Assembly (NCBI RefSeq): GCF_018350175.1
Contig: NC_058368.1
Location: forward strand, 228,534,001-228,598,000
DNA from: Felis catus
Taxonomy: Eukaryota
Direction: 5' to 3'
DNA: 64,000 nucleotides
How positions within the stretch are numbered: position 1 is the first letter of the stretch; each line of letters opens with the position of its first letter. Positions 1 to 12,485 of this stretch are shown here, piece after piece. A program made the translations under genes and the position numbers. The notes below the pieces were generated by a model. The model searched no databases, was not told the origin of the DNA, and worked only from the letters and a program-made list of their open reading frames with translations.

Positions 1-449
1 CGTGATTCTAGAGAAAAGCAAACATGGAGGTCATGTTGAGCATGCATAATTACATCATTCCAGTTCTGCCTCTGCAACTGATTATTTGGGTCATCTTTGC
101 CAATTCATTCACTCTCCAGGCACATATCAAATGAAATGGCTCACTCAGAGGCTCTCTAAGCCTATTTACAGCTTAAAATACAAGCTGGAGATCTGACACG
201 ACCACTTTGGTTGTCACTTGATGCTAGAATCCATTTGCACTTTATCAAATGCACACATATGTCATTGTCAGTGACACCAACTAGAAAGCAATGATGAGTA
301 CAGATATTTGATACACATTCTGATATTTTTTTCTTGGCATCTAAAAGGCCTTGAGGTATTTATTTAAACCCCTCTTACAGTAACGAACATTCAGCATACA
401 TTTTTAGATATACTTAGCACCACATGAATGTTTTGCTTTGTGAGACTTT

Positions 450-1115
450 TCCACCTTAGGAGTTCTATGGCCTCAGGGTAGGAACTAGGAACCCATTTCC
501 TCACTTCCTTTGCATCTGGAGTTTAACACATGACCTGGACTCCATCATTCAGATGCATCTGCCCAAATTTCATTTTAGAAGAGAGCGAGCTGAAGGAGGC
601 ATCCATGTGGTGGCGACGTCTATCTTTACAAAGCAGCAATTAGATGGACCCTGGCAGACGAATTCCTCAGCCAGCATCACTGGTACAAGCTCAAGAGCTG
701 GCATCTTTTTTTTTTTTTTTTTTGAGAGAAAGAAAGAAAGCATGAGTGGGGGAAGGGCAGAGAGAGAGGGAGACACAGAATCTGAAGCAGGCTCCAGGCT
801 CTGAGCCGTCAGCACAAAGCCCGATGTGGGGATCGAACTCACAGACTGTGAGATCATGACCTGAGCCGAAGTCAGACACTTAATCGACCCAGCCACCCAG
901 GCGCCACTCAAGAACTGGCGTCTTTGGTGGGAGCAACTGGGCTCTACTGTAGCCCCTGACGGTGTGACTTGGGCCTTAAGCTAGCTGTACAGTTTCCAAG
1001 TGCAGTTCTTGACCCTCCTGGAAAGTCTGTGAGCTATCTCTATTGCTTAGTAAGTTTATTTCTGCTTCAACTAACAAGAGGGAATTCTCGTATTTACATC
1101 CAAGAATTCTTTCTG
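450..1115 (+). mobile_element. Ancient ERVL/MaLR-type LTR remnant, interrupted by a SINE
   Basis: Motifs 'cccatttcctcacttcctttgcatctggag...cagatgcatctg' and 3'-end-like 'agtaagtttatttctgcttcaactaacaagagggaattctcgtatttacatccaagaa'; highly diverged. Confidence 0.4.
706..905 (-). mobile_element. Can-SINE (SINEC, tRNA-Lys derived)
   Basis: poly-T, AG-rich tract, body and 'agccacccaggcgcc' head; TSD ctcaagagctggcatcttt (690-708) / ctcaagaactggcgtcttt (907-925). Confidence 0.95.
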
Positions 1116-2748
1116 ATTCAGCAATCTGACTCCTTTATCTTTTGACAAACTTTTTCTGCTAGAGGAGTGGAGCTTTCTATCATGATCCATGACAGAATGC
1201 CATTTCTCTTGGAATAAATAAGAAAAATTTTCCCCAGCGATCTCTTGATGATGCCCAAGGTGGCCAATGTCCAAATAAACTACCTCAGGACTAAGCAGTG
1301 AGTCAGTCTGGTGCTGTTGGGTCTTCTCTCTGCCATCTCCAAAATCTGATGTAAAAAATGGGTCTAAGAAAACAGCTGCTGACACTTATAATCTCTTGAT
1401 AGAGAGATTGAGTGATAGAAGAGATAAGGAAGAGAAGGATCAGAAAGAATAGAAAGAAAGTGGATCTGTAATGAGAACAAAAGTCAAAACTGGTTGGAGG
1501 AGAGGAAGGTGAAAGAAAGTATAATTGTCTGCCTGGGACTTTGGAACAGGATGGATTCTGTATGCTTAAATACATCCCAAGTATTTAAGTGCCATCCCAA
1601 GTGCCACCGTGCCTTAAATTGTACCATTCAGTTATAATTTATTTTGATGAATTATGGCTCTCTTCAGTTGTCTCTTCTACACTGGATATGTCAAGCCCAG
1701 GTAACCTACCAAGTCATTAACAACTCCAGGAGACAATGAGCCAGAGAGTCTTGAGATTCCCATTGCCTGGCACGCATCTTTCCTTTGCTGCCCTCACCTT
1801 TTGCCAATTGCACCCTGCATCCTGTCCCAGCTGTCACTCCCCTTTTCCCGAAAAATCACTCTACCTATAATCCCCCACTCTATTTTCACAAGCTTTCACA
1901 AAGATTATTTCTAAAGATTCACAGAGTCGCATTCTCCATGTGACTGTAATGGGGATTTGCTTCCCCAAGGGTATGAAATCTCTAGATGGGGAGACCATTG
2001 ATCTTTTCTTTTCCTATTGCCTGTATCCATCCCACCTCTGCAAGTTCTGCAGAGAGGCATGTTCAGTTTTGCTTTAACCTTCTTAGAGTATCATGTGGCC
2101 TTCACAGGGTATCATGGGGCCCTGATCCAGCCTTACACTAACAGGCTCACAGGCCTTTTTGTTCATTCCTTTCAAGCCATCAAGCCTGACTGGAACACCT
2201 TCAGGTCTTCTGCATTTTACTCTTCCCACACTTCTGTCTCCTTAGACACCTTCACCCTGTCTCCACACAGCCCCTTCCCCACCCCAGATGCAACACTGAC
2301 ATGCAAAATACATTTGGGCGGATTATTTGGACATTCATATATTATCTGGATGCAGCATATGTGTGTGCAGAGGCTGCGATGGCTAGTTAATGTATGTAGA
2401 GTTCTACGTGACTTCAACTGTGTAAGGTTATGTGACAGAAAATGTAAGTAGTTCCTGGGAGCCTCAGTCAGGGCGTATGTCCTCCAAAATAGTACCTCTC
2501 AATGTCTTTCTCTGTGGCGTGAACATGAGAGATGCATTTCCAAGGAAGAAGCCCCTATTGGCCATTCTCAGTAGATCTGTTTTTTCTTCTCTTTAAGAGA
2601 ATGTAACCAAGTGCACTTTCTATCAAAGAGATTATAGGGAGTCATTGAAGACTGCTTTAAATGTAACCATGTCAGTTTTTCACAACCATCACTCATGGTA
2701 ACACATGCTTATTACAGACCTCACTGCTGATTAGAACACATGGGTAGA

Positions 2749-2944
2749 GGGGCGCCTGGGTGGCTCTGTTGGTTAAGTGTCCGACTTTGGCTCAGATCAT
2801 GATCTTGCAGTTTGTGAGTTCCAGCCCCACGTCGGGCTCTCTGCTGTCAGCATAGAGTCTGCTTCGAATCCTCTTCCCACCCCCCACCCTTGCCCTTCTC
2901 TTGCTTGTACTCTCTCTCTCTCAAAAATAAACATTAGAAAAAAA
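2749..2944 (+). mobile_element. Can-SINE
   Basis: ggggcgcctgggtggctc head, B-box-like gagttccagcccc, (CT)n, aaaaataaacatt tail. Confidence 0.95.
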
Positions 2945-3920
2945 GAACATACATGTAGGAAGCAGCACCTCAGCCTAGGGTTGCATGACCGGATTTCTTG
3001 ACTACCTCTCAAATGCCCTCACACTTCCTGTTCTCACAATGCCTTTTTTACCCCCTTTGTCATCTTACCTCACCCTTCTGTAATTGCTTCCTCTTCCAGC
3101 ATATATTTCCCAAGAATCTAAAAGCGACTTGCTCTTAGTAACTGTGCCTTTTCAAAATTATATATTACAGTCAGCTCTTCTCTTCTAAGAAGGAATAAGG
3201 TAGCTGAACTTCATCCATTCATCCTCACCTACACTCACTCACGTAGTATTTACCTGACAAACATTTTTGGAAACAGATGGGCAAGACATTGGCCTAAATC
3301 TTTACTGACTCTGCTTTCGGCAAAGTTTGGCTGAGGGTTTTGAGCAAACACTTATATTTAGCAGGTGGCAACATCTTCACTTTGTAAGGGTCAAAAAAGG
3401 AATCCGAGAAGCATATTAACTATAGCAGCACAGTTGAGCTAGACTGTTCACCCCAACGAATCAGTGTAACTATTTTCCATGTCTGTTCTGTGACTTCTCT
3501 CAGCCATACACCTTGAAGGCTCTGATAATAAACACACATGTAGGCACAGGGTTTTCTATTGTCTCTTCACCAAATCAGTGAAAATCAGACATATTCATGA
3601 GGAAGATGCATAAGCCTTGTATCTTCAAAAGGATAGAGACTCATCAGGTTTCGGTTTTTATGTAAAATTTAAATTTAACGAGATCTACACATTTATACAT
3701 TGAGGAGTGGGGAAATAGAATGAAGAGTGTGAATATGATCTGATATTTTGTTACAGTAATTTTTTGTAACTTACAGAAAGCATATTATTTTAACTAAAGA
3801 TATAGTTTAACTCAAATGAAGCCTTCTAGAATCCTCTCAACATGTCACAGTCTTACATAGAGCTATGTGTATATTTCAGTTTGCTACATGTGTATATGTC
3901 TATATAAAATCACCTCCCTA

Positions 3921-4030
3921 AGGGTGGGTGATGGTATTGAGGAGGGCACCTTTTGGGATGAGCACTGGGTGTTGTATGGAAACCAATTTGACAATAAACT
4001 TCATATATTGAAAAAAAATAAGTAAATAAA
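3921..4030 (+). mobile_element. Heavily 5'-truncated carnivore/felid L1 (3' UTR only)
   Basis: 'gagggcaccttttgggatgagcactgggtgttgtatggaaaccaatttgacaataaa' plus A-rich tail; 17-bp TSD ataaaatYacctcccta (3904-3920 / 4031-4047). Confidence 0.9.
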
Positions 4031-5194
4031 ATAAAATTACCTCCCTAGAATTTTAACTTATCAGTAAAACTTAATTTATTAAAAACTAAAATAAGTGTAC
4101 TTGTTTTAACTGGTTGATACATTATATTTTTTGAAAATGTTTTTAAAATATTGATTTTCTCCTTCATTTTGAACATATTTCCAATGATTTTAGCTTCAAA
4201 TGGGATTTATTCACTTGTTTGTATAACTTTAATATTGTGCAGTTTTTCTTTCTGAGATTCTCATAAATAAGAATGAGATTTGGTTTTAGCTGGTGTCATT
4301 TATATGACCTAAAGAGATTAGTTATTGCAGAGTCTAAGTGGAAAGACGTTGGTGAATTTACACTCATCAAAAAGGCACATTTATTATTTCTGTGTCTAAT
4401 TAAATGTAATAAATCCACTTTAAGAGGCTTTGCTCATGGGATGTGCAATGCCATTCCCACTCCATAATTGAATGACATACCCTTTATCACCTTTATTTAT
4501 ATATAATGGAACAAAAAAGCTGCATAGTTAGTTCTGATGACATTGGCCAGGTTCTCCTTTCTGGGGATAGACATGGACATCTCATGTCTGCCTTGATGAT
4601 GCAGGTGTCATGATTTGGGACCCTTTTCACAGAATAACAGTTTTGGTTTTATGACTTTGTGTGGAGTATAGTTTGAGTTTCATGGGCCATTAGCAACTAG
4701 TTTCCACGCAACGCTCTGGCTTCTCAACACAGTACTCAGTGAAGAGCTTGCGGAGGCTGTGGTTGCTGCCAGTCTGTCACTTAAGGGTAGGCGCCTCTGC
4801 ATGTGCTGTGCTGGGGCCAGCTCCCGGGCACACGCTCGTGTTGAGGAAAACCCAGTTTCTACAGCCTCACGATGCTCCCAGGGAAACATCACTACCATCC
4901 CCAAAGGGATACTGGTCCAGAAGATACTGTTAATCATTTTTTGTATGATAATATGTGCCAACAGCATACACATGCACACATGTGTGTCTGTATACACAAC
5001 ACATTGCGTAACGCATCACCCAAATGATTCTATTTTCTATAATTACTAAAATTTCAAATGTCAACATGTAAAAAAGAACTGTAAATAAGAAAACAATGTT
5101 TTCATATAATAATATCCCAAAGGCAATGTCTCTAAGGTGGCAGAAAAAACAAACTCAACAAGCAATGAACCAAAAAATAAAAACATTAAAAAAA

Positions 5195-5196
<2 letters not shown>

Positions 5197-5232
<36 letters not shown>
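5197..5232. repeat. (GT)n microsatellite
   Basis: direct reading. Confidence 0.98.
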
Positions 5233-5233
<1 letters not shown>

Positions 5234-5236
<3 letters not shown>

Positions 5237-5660
5237 TGGAGGATGTCATTGAGAAGACATTACCTCTGGTTGACCCATACGCTGGACCCAGGCAATCAGA
5301 GGCTTTTCACCCTCTCCCCTGTCCTTGCAATGTACACCCTGCACCATTCCCACACTGGGAACTGTTTCCCAGGACGCAGGAGATTGAGAGAGCAGGATTG
5401 AGAGCAGGACGCAGGATTGAGAGAGCAATTTGTTCCTGAGACCATCTGGATGGCACAGGTGACTGAACTCAGTGAAAGCCTCTGTATAAAGATTCTGACC
5501 TGCAGGTGATGAGATCCACTCCTCTTGTGACCTCCTGAGATAAGGATTGTAAGTATGTTCCCTTGCTTGTCAGAACTCCCACTTAGCACTCTGGAGTGGC
5601 CTGCCTCTTTCCTTCGTCTCTCCTTGTCCTCCATGTATGTGGCCGGTTGGCGACCCAACA
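5234..5660 (+). mobile_element. Solo ERVL LTR (MER54/73/74/88-like group)
   Basis: TG...CA termini, flanks gtgta/gtgtc resemble a 5-bp TSD; motifs 'gagaccatctgga', 'gtaagtatgttcccttgctt', 'ctggagtggcctgcctctttc'. Confidence 0.7.
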
Positions 5661-5696
5661 GTGTCTGAGATGGAAGAGATTGAAATGTGACACAGA

Positions 5697-5898
5697 GGAG
5701 TGCCTGGGTGGCTCAGATCATGATCTCGCGGTTCATGGGTTGCAGCCCCGTGTTGGGCTCTGTGCTGATAGCTCAGAGCCTGGAGCTGGCTTCAAATTCT
5801 GTGTCTTCTCTCTCTGTCCCTTCCTCACTCGCACTCTGTGTGTATGTGTCTCTCTCTCTCAAAAATAAATAAAAACACTAAAAAAAGAAAAAGAAAAA
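5697..5898 (+). mobile_element. Can-SINE with internal 5' deletion
   Basis: head tgcctgggtggctcag jumps directly to atcatgatctc; TSD gaaatgtgacacaga / gaaatgtgacaacaga. Confidence 0.9.
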
Positions 5899-6659
5899 GA
5901 AATGTGACAACAGAGAGAAATTGCTCCTTAAAGTAGCAGGTCTCTGCCTTCATAAACAGATGATTCCCCTTTGAAGACCAAGGAAACCAAAACCCTTTAT
6001 TCTTAGGGTCCTACCCTCCCTTATGTTTAACAAATGATCCTGCCCTCATAAAACACAGAGCCATAAGGGAGGGAGTGTGGCACCTGCCAGGGTAAATAAC
6101 CTGAATTCTGGCATTCATTAGCTGGCTTCTGTGGACAAGTTACTTAGGCACTAGGTCTCGATGCTCCTACCCACGCACTGGGGTTGCCTTGTGTAGGGGT
6201 TATTTACTATATTTTGGCAGGGCCCATTTCCCACCACGGAAGCAAAAAATATTTGTTTTCCAGCCTCAATATTTGTTTTCCAGCACTGGCAGCCAGTGCA
6301 TCAGCACATCCAATGAATTTTACTGTTTTCTCTTTTGTTTGTTTTTGTTTCTGTTTTTAACATACAGAGAAAGAGAAGGATACAAAATATCACTGTCAGT
6401 GGGGTCTCATATTGGTGGCGAGGGCCAGAGCCACATCTGGTGTCTAATCACAGTGTGTTCTCAGTACAACAGACTTCCAGTTTTCAAACCAGGACTTCAG
6501 AGTTTCTACCGATTGTATGAGTTTCCATTATGCTTTTATTTAACCTTAAAAAAAAACAAAGCATTTGTTTTATATTATATGCCCTAAAGAGTATCTATAA
6601 ACATATAATTTAATGGATAATGAACATTCACACACACACCCCTATATTACCACTATTAA

Positions 6660-6842
6660 GGGGCACCTGAGTGTCTCCGTTGGTTAAGTGTCCAACTCTT
6701 GATTTGGGCTCAGGCCATGATCTCACAGTTTGTGGGTTCCAGCCCTGCGTCGGGTTCTATGAGCTGAGAGTGTGGAGCCTGCTTGGGATTTTCTCTCTCC
6801 CTCTCTTTCTGCCCTTCTCCCTTCTCAAAATAAATAAATAAT
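6660..6842 (+). mobile_element. Can-SINE (older subfamily)
   Basis: gggcacctgagtgtctc head, 'ctcttgatttgggctcaggccatgatctc', aaataaataaa tail. Confidence 0.92.
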
Positions 6843-7149
6843 AATTTTTTTTTAAAGTAGGGATTAAGAATACATTTAAATCCTCTTATATCCTTTGCCA
6901 CTTGCATTATCTTCCTCCTCCTCAGATGTAAGTACTGTTTGAAATTCATATTATTGTTCTGCCCTTGTAGTTTTACTACATATGAACAAATCCCTAAACA
7001 ATGTATCGTGTGGTTTTTCTGTCTTCTTTTGAACTTTACATAAATGAAGTCTTTCTACATATTCTTTAGTGATTTTCATTTTTCAATTATGTTTTTTGAA
7101 CTTGTTCATGACCTTGCGTGTAGTTTCATTTCATTTCCAATGTTGTACC

Positions 7150-7317
7150 GCAGGTGGTTAATACACAATTTGAGGCAGTGAGGAGCTTTTCAAAGCCATC
7201 AGTGCCTGGATTCTACCAAAAGGAATGAGAGCCTTATCTCCAGGGTAGGCTTAGTTGTTGGTATTTTTAAAAACCTCTCTCCCGTTTCCAATGTGTAGCT
7301 AAAGTTGATACCCACTG
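7150..7317. mobile_element. hAT-Charlie MITE (MER5-like)
   Basis: cag(g)tggtt ... acccactg terminal inverted repeats; 'gtatttttaaaaacctc...aatgtgtagctaaagttga'. Confidence 0.6.
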
Positions 7318-8075
7318 CTTGTTAGCATTTCATTGTTAACTAAGCCACATTTAGTTTTCTCTTCACTTGCTTGTAGTTTTTACTATTATAGGCAATGTTG
7401 GTGTAGATAGTCTTATAAAACACAACTCTTGAGGATCTATGCAATATTTCCTGTATACAATACATGTAAGAATAAAGTGTTCTGGTTCATACAAGATATT
7501 CATGTTCAAATTTACTAAATCATGACAAACTATTTTATGAAAGTTCCTATTTCTCTACATCTTGCCAACGTTTGTTATTTTCAGACTTTTAGGATTTTTG
7601 CCAGCACAGTAGATGTGCAATACCATATTGTGATGATTTCAAATTTCCCTTCTGTTAATATTACTGGAAATGTGCATCTTCTTATATGTCTTTTAGTCAT
7701 TTGTTGTTGTTGGTGGTGGTGGTGGTGTTTTCCGATGAATTTCCTGTTCATATTTTCACCCACTTTTCTTTTGGGAAGTTTGCCTTTGATAGATTTGGAC
7801 AAGTTCTTAATATATTCCGGAAATCAGTCTTCTACCTTTGTCTTTGAAAATGTTCCCATTTGTAGGTTATCTATTGCTCCATTTATGGTGTCTTAGGATG
7901 AACAGAAATCTTAATTTTAATGTAGTCATAAGTATCAAGCTTTTCCTTTATGAGTTAACTGTTAAAAATGTATTTTTTAAAATAAATCTTTCCTTACTCA
8001 GAATCATGAAGTTATTTATCTATATTTTCCTTTATTAAAGGTTTTTCTTACACATTTAGAAGTCCATGATCCATC

Positions 8076-8080
<5 letters not shown>

Positions 8081-8107
<27 letters not shown>
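8081..8107. repeat. (TG)n microsatellite
   Basis: direct reading. Confidence 0.95.
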
Positions 8108-8635
8108 AGCATCAGCTAGAGATATCATTTAATTTTTATGCTTTATAGATAACCAGGCATTCCAGTTCCGAGCTTTTCATTCTGTTCCACTGATATGCTT
8201 GTATTTCCTGTGCCAATCCTACATTGTTTTAGTAACAATAGATTGTTTTATCAATTCTTAATATCAGTGAAAGTTATTTGTCATTATTCCTCTTTTTCAG
8301 GAGTGTGTTGACTGCTATTGGAGTCTTGCTCTTCCAAATAGATTTAGAATTAGCTTACCAAGTTCTATGAAAAGCACTTGTGTGATTATGATTGGAATTG
8401 CATTGAGTCTATAAATAATTTGGGGAGAATTAGTATGTATATAATAAGTGGGTTTCCCCATCTATGGATATATGTATTATTTTTTGTTAATGGCTTTCAA
8501 TATCTTATAATTGCCTACAAAATGTTCATGCATACAGTTTGTTAATTTAATTACAAATATGTTATTTTCTGGTTGCTAGTAAAATGGTGTTTTAATTTAA
8601 TTTTCTAATAGTTCTTTGTTGGTGTAGAATGCCAC

Positions 8636-9337
8636 TTTTTATTTTTGTAAACTATACATAACATGGTATTTACCATTCTAGCCACTTGTAAATGTACAAT
8701 GCAGTAACATTATGTACATTCACAACATTATATAATTATCACCCCCATCTAAACCCAAAACTTTTTCACTATCCCTGACATAAATTGTGCACCCATTAAA
8801 CAATAACCTCCTAACCCCGCCCCCTCTGGCGCCACGGCCCCTGGTAATTTTATCCTACTTTATGTCTCTACAAATTTGCCTATTCTTGGTACCTTGTATG
8901 AGTATATAAATGGAAACATAGGATATTTGTCATTTTGTGTCTAATTTCACTTACTGTAATGTTTTCAAAGTACATCCATTTTGTAGTATATATCAAAATT
9001 TCATTCCTTGTTACTGCTGAATAAAATTCATATGTTATCCACATAATATATAATTTATCCACATTTTGTTTATCCATTCATCTATTGATGGACACTTTGG
9101 TTGCTGCACCTTTTGACTGCAATGGATAATGTTGCTATAAACATTGGTATACAAATATCTGTTCTAGTCTCTGCTTTCAATTCTTTTGGATATATACCTA
9201 GGAGTGGACAATTCTGGATCACATGGTAATTTTATATTCAACTTGTTGATGAACCACCGAACTGTTTTCCACAGAAAATACACCATTTTATATTTCCACC
9301 AGCAAGGCACAATGACTCCAATCTCTCTGTATCCTCA

Positions 9338-9378
<41 letters not shown>

Positions 9379-9940
9379 GCAAAATATATCCTAGTAGATG
9401 TGAAGTCATGTCTCATTATAGTTTTGATTTGCATTTCCCTAATGATTAATGACTTTAAATATATTTGCTAAAATGTTTACTGACCATTTGTGTATCCTTT
9501 TAAGAATGTCTGTTTAAGTCTTTTGCTCATTTTTATCAGGTTGCTTTTTATTGTTGAATTGTAGGAGTTGTTTATATATTCAGGATTTTAACCCCTTATC
9601 AGATACATGATTTGCAAACATTTTCTCTAATTCTGTAGGTTGTTTTTTCATTCTGTTGTTTGTGTCCTTTGATGTACAGAAGCCTTAAATTTTGATATAA
9701 TCCACTTTATCTATGTTTTCTTTTTTGCCTGTGTTTTTGGTGTCATACCTTGAAATTGTTGCAAATTTAAAATTATGAAGACTTTTTCCCCAATGTTTTC
9801 TTTTAAGAGTTTTATAGTTTTAGATCTCAAGTCTAGGTCTTTTTATCCATTTTGAGTTAATTTTTGAATATGGCATGAAGTAAAGATCCAACTTTATTCT
9901 TTTCCATGTGGATACCCATTTTCACAGCACCATTTGTTGT
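8636..9940 (-). mobile_element. L1MB-like L1 3' fragment nested in the older L1; contains (TCTA)n at about 9339-9377
   Basis: L1MB-type 3' UTR 'tttaccattctagccacttgtaaatgtacaatgcagt...cccattaaacaataac' followed by antisense ORF2 C-terminal sequence. Confidence 0.85.
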
Positions 9941-10484
9941 GATGGTGAAATGTCGTTTTATAGATCTTCATTAAAACCTTACTTTTTCTAATAATTTGTA
10001 GACAAATTAATTTTATAGTAATTTCAATTTTCTATGTACACACGTATATCAAGTGTTATGCTTCTTCTCTAATCCTTATACCTTTTTCCTCCTTCCCTCC
10101 TTCCTTCCTTTCTCCTTACTTCTCTCCTGTTCTTTCCTTGTGTCCCTTCAGAAGTAATCTGTGTAGTAGAGATAACCATAAATCTCATCATCAACATTGA
10201 CTCTTGATAATCAATTACCTTTGATGTTGTTATCATTGCTTCCAACTAGCTCATTGATGCTTTAAAAATATGTTTTTTAAAAAAACTGTGCCCAGTACTT
10301 TAGTTATGTTCTTTTTAGAATGTTTCTGTGAACGTTGGTTACCTAGTTAAACTAGTCAGACTGATTTCTGTTGTTTGTGACCAAGAGCCTGAATGAAACT
10401 TCTTATAGGGAAAATGAGAAAAACATGCTTATGTTTTGTTTGTTAACATAATTCCAGTTATATGATAACCACTCAGTAAATTTT

Positions 10485-10730
10485 AAATTTTTGTAATGTT
10501 TATTTACTTATTTTTGAGAGAGAAAGGGAGAGAGAGAGAGGGAGAGAGAGAAAACGTGATCAGGAGACCGGCAGAAAGAGAGGGAAACACAGAATCTGAA
10601 GCAGGTTCCAAGCTCTGAGCTGTCAGCACAGAGCCTGATGACCCAATGAGGGACTTGAATTCATGAACCACGATATCAAGACCTGAACTGAATTCAGAAG
10701 CTTAACTGACTGAGCCACCCAGGTACACCA
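10485..10730 (-). mobile_element. Can-SINE
   Basis: tail, (AG)n, body, head; TSD actcagtaaatttt (10471-10484 / 10733-10746). Confidence 0.93.
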
Positions 10731-11995
10731 CTACTCAGTAAATTTTGATTATTATTGCTATCATTATCATCGTTATCATTTGTCTTATGACTGCATCGTG
10801 CCATCTCAACAATATCTCCCTTAAAAAAGGATACTCCCTGGAGTATAATACTTAGCTCAGACGTGTGTTTCTTTTGGGCATATATGAAGCATGAATGAAG
10901 TAGGTGTTGAGGAGGAAGTGAGAAGGCTCCTATCGCTTCATATATCATATATTATGGCTTGGAAAATAGCACTTTTTTCTAGATATACACCTATCCTTCT
11001 GTAGGTTTTACTTTAACATGGAAAATATTCCAATAGATAACAGTGTTTGTGGCAAATTATATCTATAGATCATATAGAATTATATGATCATAATGAGAGC
11101 AAGACTAATTTTACTTTTGGAATATTGACAAGTGTCAAACTACTGAGCACAAATTCATTAGCCAGCTGTACTGCTTCAGGCTGGAAGTTGGTGAATAAGC
11201 AAGTGTTTGTTTAATTTCGAATCTTCTCAATTCTTCTTCAAACCATGAAGCTTCAGGGACAACTCCTTATGCATATGCACAAAGAGTGATTATTAATATC
11301 ACATTTGAATTTCATGTGCTTCTGGTTTGATTTAGACTTCTGATTCTTAGTATTTTAATATAACTTGCAATTTTTTTTATTGTTAAGATTAAAGTTTCCT
11401 AGTAAGTATAGATTTTAATATGTTGTATACCTTACTCTTCTTTTTAGAAACCTCAGTCTGCCAATAGGTTTTATACATAATGTGTGCCAATTTAAAAGAT
11501 TTGTATGTTGGGAGACTCACTCAAACTCTATCTTATAGACTGTCTTTCTGAAAACATTCAGTGAAGTGTTTTAAAATATTTTCTTGAAAGAAAGATAGAA
11601 ATACATTTTGATAAGCTATTGCACTCAAGCAACTCACATGAAAACTTATTGTTAATTCCTTAAGGAAAATAAATTTCACATTATCTCAATTAATAGAACT
11701 TTGTAATTATTAAAATGTTGCAAAGTTCCTTTGAGAAAACATTTTGAAAAATTTATGATAAGTAGATACTTCAAATTGCTATAGAGAACAGCTTGTTGAA
11801 TGGAATTGAATTATGAGTTGACTTCATGTCTACAGATCATTTCTATTCAAAGGCAATTACAAAAAGAGCCATACCTCCCTGAACTGTTTTTTTTTTGCAA
11901 CAGTTCACGTAGATGAGACTCTTTGCACCTACTTCTCCCTAGAACTAGGGTGTCAGAACTACTTAAATTTTAAAATATTTATGCACATAAAGGGA

Positions 11996-12485
11996 TATGG
12001 TAGGCAGAATAATGGCCTCCCAAAGATGTTATGTCCTAATCCCTAGAATCTATGAATATGTTAGGTTACCAGGCAGTGGGGAATTAAGGTTGCTAATCAA
12101 CTGACCTTAAAATAGGGAGATTATCCTGGATTATTTGGATGAATCTGAATGTAATCACAAAGTTTCTTAAATGGGGAAGAGAGAGACAGAAAAGAACCAG
12201 AGTCCCAGAGGCTTGGGAGGGACTGAACTCAATCTTACTGGCTTTGAAAACTGAGGAAGAGGTCAAGCCAAGGAAAGTGGGCATCCCTTAGGAGATACAA
12301 CGGCAAGGAAACAGATTCCCTCTAGAACTTCCAGTAAGGGTGCACCCTGCCAGAAACTTGATTTTAGCCAAATAAGACCCATTTCAGACTTATGATCTCC
12401 TGAGCTATAGGAAAATAAATATGTGTTATTTTGAATCACAAAGTTCGTGGCAATTTGTTTACAGCAGCAATGGAAAACTAATACA
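11996..12485 (+). mobile_element. MaLR solo LTR (MLT1D-like)
   Basis: 'ggtaggcagaataatggcctcccaaagatg' start, 'cagcagcaatggaaaactaataca' end; flanks aggga/agggg resemble a 5-bp TSD. Confidence 0.9.

Larger units (their letters stand above)
6520..8635 (-). mobile_element. Old L1 (L1ME/L1MC-like) 3' portion, interrupted by a SINE and a MER5-like MITE
   Basis: antisense L1 motifs such as 'ctcttccaaatagatttagaattagcttaccaagttc...attggaattgcattgagtctataaataatttggggagaat'. Confidence 0.7.

Noticed and set aside
553..911. ORFs with MAQSVK / VLTAQSLEPASDSVSPSL-type peptides, here and at many other positions
   Set aside because: Translations of Can-SINE consensus sequence, not genes
1565..1589. 9-bp perfect inverted repeat cttaaatac/gtatttaag
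   Set aside because: AT-rich and short; expected by chance in 64 kb
2017..2451. Longest ORF (144 aa)
   Set aside because: Non-ATG start, no recognisable domain, no convincing splice context; expected by chance
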